Positions 53,716-64,000 of a stretch of DNA of 64,000 nt are shown here, piece after piece (the first letter of the stretch is position 1; each line of letters starts with the position of its first letter). The notes below the pieces were generated by a model. It ran no database searches and had not been told where the DNA came from. It saw only the letters and a program-made list of their open reading frames with translations. Made by a program: the position numbers and the translations under genes. The DNA comes from Calcarisporiella thermophila CBS 279.70. Lineage: Eukaryota; Fungi; Calcarisporiellomycota. The stretch spans positions 1,045,192-1,109,191 of the forward strand of contig NW_027192193.1 in assembly GCF_041956535.1 (NCBI RefSeq). Direction: 5' to 3'.

Positions 53716-56700
53716 ATGACGAGGTCCTTTTGGTGGTATAAAGAAGTGCCCGTCCACCTCGACACTTTTTCGCCTCTAGAACCGCCCATCGTTCATCGCA
53801 TTCCCAAGGATGGTCGTGATGCATCTATTCTTGAGGCAAACACTCGCGCACGCGAGACACAGCCTCAGGGTGGTGTCCACCACCTCGTCTCCGACCCTGA
53901 AGCCTTCATTTATTGGCGTGTAATCGATCATGACCGTGTGCTCGAGCTTCGGCATCTTTCCACGAACAGCCCGTCTCTCGATGATCAACATGGCTCGAAT
54001 GAAGTCTTAAGCATGATGGCGCCTGTCCGTTTCGTATTTCCAGCACCCATTGTGCCTGATGTATATTTCTTCGAAATCGAACAGAGCTTGTTTGTGTATC
54101 TTGTTCTGACCACAGGCGTCTTCTACCGACTAAAATTCACTGCACCATCATACTTTTCAACAAGGAGTATCCCTAAAAATTATTGCTCCTATTTTCGGCT
54201 GAGACATCTAGAGAATAAGCGCCCCGTGGTGGTTCATGCAGTAAATAAAGATGTAATAATCATTGGATGCCATGACGGATCGCTGGTGGAGCTTTCAGCC
54301 TCTGGAAGAGACGAAGGAGATATGGATACTGATGAAATAAGAGGTATTATCCTAATTTTTGGTTTTTCTTTAAATATGAATTTAATCAACAATTTCCGCA
54401 AAGATTTCGAAGAGAATGAACTGGTGGAGAACAACTTTTTAAGCCAAGTTAAGAGCCTTCCCAGATTTCTTTCGAGCGCATTTCGTCGGAGTGGAAATGA
54501 GACGTCTACATTTGGCGACCTTGACTCTTCTCTCTCTCAACCCATCGCTTTGACATCATACCAGCACTCCTCTAATACATACGTCTTTGCTATATGTCGA
54601 GATAGAAAGTTGAGAGTATGGTCACTCGCATCTAAACTCTGCGTCAAGACAATTCCATTGCCATCCTCTTCTGGAAGCCAGACAACGAGTGCACGAGAGG
54701 TCGGTAGCAATGGCCTCCTACAAACCGGTGAATTCCCATTTTCTGCTGCGCCTAAACGGTACATCCAAATTTTAGAACACGACGTTGTCCCCAATTCAGC
54801 ATCGTTTTGTATCATCACATTTGTTCCTACTGAGCCTGATCCGTTTTTCGCGCTATATTTGTGCGAGCTCGATCCCATGAGTCGCACTATCAAAACTCTG
54901 GCATTGGAATACAGCAAGTTTTGTGATGCCAGCCAATGGAGTCTTTCTGGTCTGCTTCCGGAGGATCTGGTGCAATTTCATGTCTTGAAGGTGCCGGTCG
55001 GTGAAGTGGATGACGAAGGCGAAATAACAACCTCACAAAAACCCGCGTTATGGACGCTTTGGACATTATGGCGCAGGCAGCATGAAGCCGTAATTCGTTA
55101 TAGCAATCTTCAGGCTACGAAGGAACTACAACAGCAAGGCGCCGGTGAAATCCAGGCTGAAATGGTGTTTAAGGCGAATACAATAGGAGAACGCTGGCAC
55201 AACATAGTACTTCCAAATCGTGTCAATGTCGACGCAGCCTATTTCGATAACTTACTTGCAACCACGTCCAAAGATGTGCCTGAACTGTTCTGCGAATATA
55301 TATTCGAGCCGGGACGTTTTTCGCGTACTCAGATTTTACAGGCATTGCTGGCATATAGAAATAGCTCTGCTTCAAAGTCTGGAGATGCATCGCTTCAAAC
55401 GCCGACAAGACGTGAGCAGGATTTAAGAGAACAAGTGGCAGAAGCAGTTGCTCAACACACTCACCTAGAATTCCATTCCGATTCGGGTGTTCCACAATAT
55501 GACGAACATCGCCGCCTTGTCAAGACTGAGTGGCTCCGCTTTCTTGCCCTGTGTATTCACTATCGACATGAGGCTGATTTGCCCGTTGGCATGGCGTTTG
55601 ATCCACGCACTAATATGTTCACTGTCGTGAAGAGGAATTGCCTTTCAGCCATACGTGTTTGTGACGAGCTCGAAGTGCTACATCACCACTTTAACGGCGA
55701 TTTTGACCTGGCAGAGCTTTATATTGTTCCCCGTTACTTGCTTACACAATCTTACCCACATCTGGCGAGTGATGAGACCGCACGTGCGCTGCTTTCCCTT
55801 GTAAAGTCGATGCGATTTTTAGTTGCAGGAATTCCCCAGGGAATGATGATACAGATAGAAGAGGAATTGACTGTGTTGCTGAATAGCCCGTCTTATGTAT
55901 CAGCTGTGTCTGAGGCTCAAGATTACTTTGACCGCAATTTACAGGAGATAGTAACCGGAACCTTGCGGCGTCGACTGGTCAACGCTCTAAGAGAGTGCTC
56001 TAAATTGGGAGATTCAATTAGCCTGTTGTTTGATCTTTTGAACAGCTCTGAGGGAATTGAGCGGCCACCAGCCAACAATCAGCTACAGAAAACTAGCATC
56101 TATGTTGACGCACTTATTTCTGAAGGAGTCTATCAGACGATACAGTCTCGTTATACACTTGCTCGTGATTTGTTCCTACTTATCAGCACCATCCTTGGCC
56201 TTGAGCTCAGTGTAGTTAATATAAGCGAAGGTGCATTGCTTTATTCAACGGGTGCCGCTACACTACGTTGTTATCAAATGCTCAGATGGGTATGCAGTCA
56301 AAGTGTACCTTCGGCAGAAACTTCTCTACCCCACATCGCATCACACCCAGTGGAGGACAATGCAATTGTGCGCAAATTCACCGGTCTCCAGGTATCAGAA
56401 ACAAGTGTCAATACAGCAAATGCAATGTCGTTCCTCGACTACAGCCTAATCCATACGCTTCTGCACCACCATTATCCCACCTATCTTGATCTCGTAACTC
56501 AGCCCGCTTCGATATACATCCAGCTCGGGGTAACACATTTCCTAAAAGCATCTGGATTCCTTTCCCGACGGTCCTACACTGAAACTACATTAGAGCATGT
56601 GCTCTTTGTTCACCGACTGGAGGCGTTCGGAAAAACAGAACTTGCATTGGATTTTGCCAGGTTTTTAGCGAAGCTTCCTTCAGTGCAGTACGTGGTCGGA

Positions 56701-58492
56701 AGAGCATACGTTAAGGAAGGAGACTATGAGCGGGCTGCCGACTGTTTCCTAGATGCCAGTGTTGCTTTCAGTAAGAATCGGCTTCTTGAATTTGCATTAC
56801 TTTTTGGACACTAAGAATCCTGCTCTTTTATTAGTTGGAAAAACCGGTGATAAGTATCTAGAGCAAATTCTCCCCGCAGGGTTGTATCGTTCCGGCCTTC
56901 CTTTCTATTATCAGCATGTGATGGAGCTATTTGAGGAGTACAGCGTGGCAGATCATTCAGTCGAGTTTGCTCGCCTCGCCTTGCGTTCAATTGACGACGA
57001 TATTTCCGACGCCACAAAAGATATCGTGCCGGTTCTTTGGTTCAAGATCTTCAAGAACAGTCTTGATCAGCTTCGTTTCGATGATGCGTACACTGCGATG
57101 ATGGCCAACCCAGACTCGACCACTCAGCGGGACTCTCTCCGCCACTTGATTGCAGTGCTATGTGAAACTGGTCGGGCAGCGAAGTTGACTGAATTCTCAT
57201 TTTCTGGACTGCAGCACGAGGTTGAACGGACACTGTTGTTTAAGGCTCGGAACTCGAGCGCTTTGGAAAAGCCAAACTACTACAACGTGCTCTATTCATA
57301 TCACGTTTTTCGAGGTGACTATCGCAACGCAGCATCTGTGATGTACCAATATGCACGCAGATTGGGCGCACTAGTCAAGCCCAAGAGCTTTGTGGATGTG
57401 GTGGCGGAGCAGGCGAAGGCATTATTGGCGGCCATCAATTCATTGGCGATGGTGGATGATCCCTACGGCTGGATCGTGATACCCAAGGGAAATGCAGAGG
57501 GGGAAAAGGAGGGCGAGTTGGAGCGAAAACGAAAGACGTTCAATTTAGATGCCACTACTGAGGGAGAGAAGAGTAGTACCGCTAATAAGCGCCACTTGGA
57601 TATTGCTCAGCGAGAAGACTTGCAGCGTGAATATATGCTTGCGCTTGCACGATTGCAACTGGTGCAAAAATATCCAAATCTGCGCAACACGGGTGCTCTC
57701 ACGGCGGAGGAGAGCGTCTCTCTCTATACTCAGGCTGGCCTGTACGATTATGCGATCTCGACCGCGCTTGCCTTCAGTGTAGATCTGCGTGGGGTATTTG
57801 AAAGCCTTGTAGTGCGCTGCGTTAGACTTGCGGCTGCCGAGAAATCCAACCGTCCGCTGGAGGCGGAAGAAGACTGGCTATTTGCGAACGAGATTGTGAT
57901 GGCTGGAACAGCATCTCAACGCGCGTGGAAACTTTTGCAAGGGCTGCTGGAACAATACGACACACAGGAGACCAACTACCGCTATCGTGCATGCGTTCTC
58001 GAGAAACTCTTGAGTACGGACCCTAACTCGAAGATCCCCGCGTGGCTATCGGCGTTTTATAAGAAGCATAATCTGGAGGATCTTGCGCGCGTCTGCCTGA
58101 GCCATGGCCTCCTGGAAGAGGCGACCAATTTCCTGCTGCAGCAGATAGACCGCGAAAGCGAAACAAAACCGGTCAGCCTCCTCGTTTCCTCGCGCTGGCT
58201 TCCCTATTCGCTTATAGATTTACTGCTCGCTACAATCGAGGAGGCGATAACGGAGGCCGCAGCCGACGAAACCACTACTCGCCGCCGAGGTTTCTCCGCA
58301 CCAACGGAGGAGGAATCCCGTAGAGAGCGGTTGGTTGAATTACAGAGTGCATTACAGCGGAAATTACGGTCCTATCTTGCGAAGGTGGACGAGGACTACC
58401 AGAATTTCGTCTGTGCAGAGCGAGAAGATCTCGAGGAGGAGCGGCGGCGAGGGACTTTTGGGAGGGAGATCGATATGGAGGCGTCGTCATAA
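53716..58492 (+). CDS. NUP160: Nucleoporin Nup160/Nup120
   Basis: FIYWR, CRDRKLRVWSL, YNVLYSYHVFRGDYRNAASVMYQ, WLPYSLID; introns near 54344-54403 and ~56771-56840. Confidence 0.9.
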
Positions 58493-58735
58493 GGAGCGTA
58501 TTCTTTTCCTTTACATATATATTTTTTTTTCTTGCCAGAGTAAAATAAAAACCAATATCTCTTTTGTCATTATCCGATCTACCATTGAAAAATCTTCAAA
58601 TGGTGTGTTGCTCTACTGAGTCGGAGTTTGATTTTTTTCGTCCGGCAAAGACTAATTGAGTGGAGGAAGGATTTTATTCTCTCCCCCTCTTTCATCCTTG
58701 AAATACTTCATTTCATATCCCATCCATCGATCAAC

Positions 58736-59396
58736 ATGGTGAGTATATCCATCCATTCATCCATCCCATATCTCTTTGCTGCATCCAGCCAGCTGCTCTT
58801 CGTGTCGATGCATGCCTTCTGAAAATTGTTTGCTTATCCATCATTGGGAACGCGTCCCATCATTTTTGATCCTACCCTTTTTCGATTTCTGCTTTTGATT
58901 GTTTCTGAAGTCTCGAAATTGATTCCACAATACCAATGCTGTTAACTAGCCTTTTTCCAACATCGCTGATCTTTTACTTTTATTGGTATTTCTAGCCCAA
59001 GCAGGTCACTGACATCAAACAATTCCTCGAGATCGCGCGGAGAAAGGATGCCAAATGTGAGTGCTTTGAAGGAGATATTAGAGATAATCTACCACCCATC
59101 TTTTTTGCTCACTGCTGATATATTTCTGGTTTTTTTTTTTTTTGCACAGCCGCCTGTATCAAGAAGAATGGCAAGCAAATGAAGTTCAAGGTTCGCTGCT
59201 CCCGTTTCCTCTACACTCTCGTTGTCAATGACACCGAGAAGGGAGCTAAGCTGAAGCAGTCTCTTCCCCCTGGTAAGCAAATGTTTTATTCCTTCTTTTT
59301 ATATCCTTTTCCTTTATTTTCCACTTTTTACAGTGATTAACCACGATAATTTACGTTTTCTATTGTTATTTAGGTCTTACTCTTAAGGAGATCTAA
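58736..59396 (+). CDS. RPL38: 60S ribosomal protein L38 (eL38)
   Basis: ATG-only exon 1, then [20 protein letters not shown]...[14 protein letters not shown]...[10 protein letters not shown]. Confidence 0.97.
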
Positions 59397-59696
59397 AGGA
59401 ATCAACAGTTGAGACGTTAATTTGCTTCTTTTTCGTGCTCTTTTAAAGAAAAAAATAAATTGCTTTTTATTTGCTTTAAAAGACTAAACGCTGATAAAGC
59501 TTTGATGCAATAAATCTACGTATAAAGAACTTAGATATAAAACTATGGAAACTTACCTTCCGGCAACACCCAAATTGGCAGTCACATTTGAAGTCACATT
59601 AAGTCACTTCGTAAACATGATAAATTTCTTTCCGCTTCTCTTCATTAAATATTGCTTCTTAGTTTAATATCCATAATATCAATACATCTCTATACA

Positions 59697-60627
59697 ATGG
59701 TCTCCTTCTCTTGTGACGCCTGCCAGGACGTTATTAAAAAACCTAAGCTCGACCAGCACCGAAATCGGTGCCATGCCACTTTCACATGCATCGACTGCAA
59801 CACCACATTCCAAGGTACAGAGTATCGAACACATACTCAATGTATCAGCGAAGCTGAAAAATACGAGAAGAGTCTTTACAAAGGCAACAAGAAGGTAAGC
59901 CCACAAGCAATGGCTCTTTTTTGTCTCCACGGTATGCTCTAATGCTCCTCTCGGTAGGGCAATAAACAAAATGGCGCCAATGGTAAAGCCAATGGTGTAA
60001 AGAATACTCAGGAAAATACCCCTGCCGCAGTAAAGCAGCCGGAGCCCATCGTGAGCGAGATTGAAAAAGGACTGAAGAGAAAGGCCGAAAAGGGGTCGGA
60101 GGAGGCAGAGAAGAAAGAAAAGAAGCAGAAGAAGGAGAAGAAGGAAAAGAAGGACAAAAAAGATAAGAAGGAGGAAGAGAAATCCGAAGAGACCAAGGTA
60201 GAAGAGAAGGAGAAGGAGGAGAAGGAGAAGAAGGAGAAGGAGGAGAAGGAGAAGAAGAAGGAGAAGAAGGAGAAGAAGGAGAAAAAGAAAGAGAAGAAGG
60301 ACAAAAAGTCGAAGGAGAGCGAAGACAAAATGGAGACTGATGAATCCGACACTGGGAAGACGGCTTACTCCGAGATCATACCGAAAACTGTAAGGAAGCT
60401 GTTAGAAAAGGTAAATTTCTGCTCTATGATGATTATTTGATACTTGAAAAAGTGAAACGACGATATTCTATGGCGATCATTAGGAGTCTGAGTTGTCACT
60501 CAAAGCGCTGCGTGAAAAGACGGTTGAAATGCTTGCCAAGGAGGGTGAGTCACGCGAGGAGATTTCCACGAATTTTGAAGAGCACCTTCAACTTAAGATG
60601 GAGAATGGTGTTGTGCTCTTAAACTAA
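59697..60627 (+). CDS. LYAR-type C2HC zinc-finger nucleolar protein
   Basis: MVSFSCDACQDVIKKPKLDQH...FTCIDC...HTQCISEAEKY; K/E-rich tract. Confidence 0.9.
60100..60305 (+). repeat. GAG/AAG purine low-complexity coding repeat (KE-rich)
   Basis: Repeated GAGAAGAAG/GAGAAGGAG units. Confidence 0.85.
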
Positions 60628-60869
60628 TAGATATTTTCATTTTTATTGTATAAAACCTTTATTTTTCTCACCTTGACCTTTAGCCTCTTCTAAATAAATC
60701 GTCCATCTCGTTACTATAATACAAAAATGTACATCTGAGTCCATTTTGTGTCCGATTTCGATTACGCCTTGGCTTTTCTTGGCTCAATCCAATGGAAATT
60801 ATAGAAATAAGGAGGATTCGGTGGCAATTCCATAGAATTTACGCCTTTCGAATTTTGATCATTCAAAGC

Positions 60870-63292
60870 ATGTCATTCACCGCTAAAGGTGCATTACGCA
60901 CAGTGTAGGTCTTATCTTATACCTTGAATGAGCCGTTATTACTTTTGCATTCCCATATTAAAGACAAAGGATTTACAAACCTTCTGGCTTTATGTTTAAA
61001 ATGCAACCTTTTCATCTCGATTAGACTTTTTTTTTTCGTTTTCAACTTGACAACTAAGATCAGTATCACTAATTGTATATCTGAGCTGATAGGAAAAATT
61101 ACACCAAAGGTTATTCGGACGTTCAAACGAAAGTAAGAGAGGCGACATCTAATGACGGGCACCCTCCTTCCGCTATTCTAATGAGCGAGATCGCTCGACT
61201 TACCTATAACGAGTAGGTTCCCTTGAATTGAACAGACTAGTTCTTTAATTAACTATTTGGTCACATTCAGAGTTGCCGTACTCGAAATTCTCGACACAAT
61301 TGATAAGCGGCTTAATGACAAAGGTAGTGGGGAATCTATTCTTTTTTCATGAAATTTGCTAACATAGCTTCTTTTATCGAATAATACAGGGAAAAACTGG
61401 CGGCACGTCTATAAGTCCTTGTCTCTGCTTGAATACTGTCTTATATGGGGCTCTGAGAGAGTGATTGCCTTTGCCAAGGGGAATCTTTACATCATCTCGA
61501 CACTTCGGCAATTCCAGCATATAGATGAACATGGGAGAGACGTGGGAGCAAATGGTAAAGCATGGTTTTGATGTATACATTTTTATTTAAACTTAACGCC
61601 TGTTTGCTCCCTTAGTGCGTGAGAAGGCCAAAGATGTCACTAACTTATTGCTCGACGGTTCCAAGCTCATGAATCAGCGACGTAACCGACAATGGAATCA
61701 AAGTGTGCCGGTGAACAATGGTATTGCATACTCTCCTCCAGCACCAGCACCAGCACCAGCACCCTATTATCCAGGTCACCCTGTGAATCCTTATTCAAAC
61801 GTCAGCCATGGTGGCTTAAATGACACTCAGGTGGACGAGGATTTGGCACTTCAACAGGCGATTGAGGAGAGTAAGCGGTCGGCATTTGAGCATGAACAGA
61901 GAATGCGGGCAAAGTACCTCATCAAGGTTCATTTGTATGGAGAATATAATCACAATGATCCCCTCTTTTCTTGGTAGTGATGTTGAATTGAGCAGAGTAC
62001 TTGAACTTAGCGAACGCGAAGCCATGCTTAAAGATTCCTCTCTAAGACGACGGAAGGAGGAGGAAGCAGCCGTATTTGCGGAGCAAGCGCGCAGCGAACA
62101 AGAAAAGAAATCATCCCAGCAACAGTCGCAGCCTCAGGACTCGACAAACGATTCTCTCCTCTTTGATATCTCCGATTCTCAGCCTGTCCCCTTGAACACA
62201 CCATCACATTTCATGATGCCACAGCCCCATAATATTAGCTCTAATTACGGCGTCCCAACCCCACTATCGATCAATACTGCTGGAGGGTACGGACTTAACT
62301 CACCCGGCCCCCTGAGCGCTCAACCGTCGCCCTATATTGGTGCTCTTCCTGGACAAAACCAGTTCTCGGCGTCCATTCCCTACACACAGTTCTCTTCCTC
62401 CGCTTCGAATAATCCTTTTGCTGTATCAAACAATACGAACAATGGTGGGTTCGCTTCGGGGCAAAATTTCAGCAATATGGGATCAGCTGTGGCTGGCACG
62501 AGTGGACAAGGGAATGGCTTCATGCCCTCAATTTCAACTTCCTATGGAGAGGCTGTACCGGGATCCCAAAGCCAGGTAAGATTTCATTCATTTTTCCATT
62601 ATTTGAGAATTGGAACTAATGCTTTAGATATACAGCCTTATGGCAATAATACCCTTAGACTGGCCGACAAACGACATGAAAATCTTGCCAATTTGCTGGC
62701 CAACAAGGGTGAAGGCGTCGACACTTTTGGGAACGTAGGAAACCTTCGCATTCCTAGGTGAGGGATAACTGCATTCATCGGTTGCCCATTTGAATTTTAT
62801 AATGTACTCAAGTAAAAATAGTGGCACTGGTTTCAATTCAAGAATTGCGTCCAAAGAGGATAACATTCATGCTGAGAATCACGCTAATAATCCTTTCAGC
62901 CTTTCAGTCGGAACAGGTGCATTTCAGCAGAATAATAGCGCTGGATCGGATTATATGGGAACTTCTAGCGAGTACCAGGGCGTAAGTGTCCATTCGAATG
63001 GGGTGGATTTTTGTAATAACAAATTTTCTGTTATTCGCAGATCACTAGCCCTGCCACTTTACCATCCTCTCACACTCCTTATAGCAGTATGAATCTTAAT
63101 CCTTCGATTGGCTTTGACCAACCGTCTCCTCAGTCCAACAACCCATTTCAGAGTTCCTCTTGGTCGAACAAGGGACTGGACACACCGGCAGATGCACAAG
63201 GAAATCGCCCGCTGGGAATCATGCCCAACTCGCAAAACATTCAAAGCTCGAATATGAGGCAATATGGTGGCACATCTGAGCCATTTTTTTAA
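60870..63292 (+). CDS. Epsin (ENTH + UIMs + NPF motifs)
   Basis: KNYTKGYSDVQTKVREATSND, GKNWRHVYKSL, VREKAK, DLALQQAIEES (UIM), DTFGNVGNLRIP, several NPF motifs. Confidence 0.92.
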
Positions 63293-63581
63293 TAGGTTGC
63301 TTAAGTGGCCTATTTTCCATCCCACTTTAATTACTTCCAGCTCGCAATTCCACTATCTGAGCGGGCTTTCTCTACACTCCCCTATTCTCTACATTCCTGG
63401 CCCTCATTATTGTACTAGTCGCGTTAATTGTATATATTCTATTTTTCCTCATTGTTGCCATGAATGAATTACATTCAATTACACCAATAGAATGAAAAGC
63501 CACTTAGAAAAAAAAGAATTCAACGCGCTTATTTACAACCCTGGACTAGTGCGATTCTCTCTCTCTCTTTTTTATTTTAAC

Positions 63582-63959
63582 TTAATGCCGTACTTCAAAA
63601 TCCTCATACTCGAGCTCTTCTATTTCTTTCTCCTCAAATTTAGCATCAGTTACCTCGCTCTTCGGACTGCCTTCGTATCGTAGCCAATGCTTATATTCCT
63701 GTATTTTTTTGTGCTCGCCTTGGGCCACTCCTTCGACGGTGTCCCGAGAGGTATTCCGCACCCAACCCACCAGTTTGTAGCCGCGTGCTTTGCCGACGGC
63801 GTACTTACGGAAGAAAACCCCTAATTTCAGAAATTGGGGATTAACAATGATTAGATGCCGGTGTTGAGCTAACCGAACATTGGCATCACAAAGGGGATTC
63901 GAAGGGATACCTTGGACACGGCCAAAAACTTCAAATTTGAGCGACACGAGCTTTGTCAT
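63582..63959 (-). CDS. Acylphosphatase
   Basis: FEVFGRVQG|VFFRKY, GWVRNT, GSPKS; intron 63910-63821. Confidence 0.93.
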   Translation of the reverse strand: MTKLVSLKFEVFGRVQGIPSNPLCDANVRLAQHRHLIIVNPQFLKLGVFFRKYAVGKARGYKLVGWVRNTSRDTVEGVAQGEHKKIQEYKHWLRYEGSPKSEVTDAKFEEKEIEELEYEDFEVRH

Positions 63960-64000
63960 GGAGAGAGAGAACAAAATTGGGCTACAGGTTTGCGACGAGA

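Noticed and set aside
54344-54403. In-frame, stop-free introns (Nup160 60 nt, acylphosphatase 90 nt and others) read through in the ORF track
   Set aside because: Expected by chance among many short introns; the inserted residues interrupt conserved sequence.
63821-63910. Acylphosphatase intron donor GTATCCCTT resembles a U12-type 5' splice site
   Set aside because: It deviates from GTATCCTT and has no TCCTTAAC branch point; a U2-type CTAAT branch is present.

Overview
Gene-dense, intron-rich eukaryotic DNA with short GT-AG introns and no recognisable transposons. The gene content (NoxR, Yvc1, an ACU-type P-ATPase and TPS, alongside 'animal-like' INTS11 and Kaptin) points to an early-diverging fungus, probably Mucoromycota (inference). 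About 27 protein-coding genes can be reconstructed by hand: VPS34 (5' part), NoxR, a truncated Bub1/Mad3-family gene, a CHZ-domain histone chaperone, RPS30, an orphan, a Na/K-like (ACU) P-type ATPase, an LRR protein, an RBMS-like RRM protein, ATP16, a STIMATE/YPL162C-like protein, a CBM21 PP1-targeting subunit, CAF-1 p150, Kaptin, Tps2-like TPS/TPP, a Pol mu-like X-family polymerase, MscS, INTS11, a C2H2 orphan, eIF3h, a CH-kinase-C1-CAAX protein, Yvc1, Nup160, RPL38, a LYAR-like protein, epsin and acylphosphatase. The most unusual items are: (1) a ~259-aa 'mini-Bub1' made only of short linear motifs (GLEBS, CD1, three ABBA-like and two D-box-like motifs), with no TPR and no kinase domain, behind a twin-MCB promoter; (2) a KICSTOR Kaptin homolog and Integrator INTS11 in a fungus; (3) a P-type ATPase whose PEGL ion-binding glutamate is replaced by Val; (4) two unassigned, highly structured intergenic elements that may be ncRNAs; (5) recurrent promoter motifs (Homol-D-like, TTAGG repeats, and a motif shared by the two ribosomal-protein genes). 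Exon boundaries and family calls were made by eye from motifs, without database searches.
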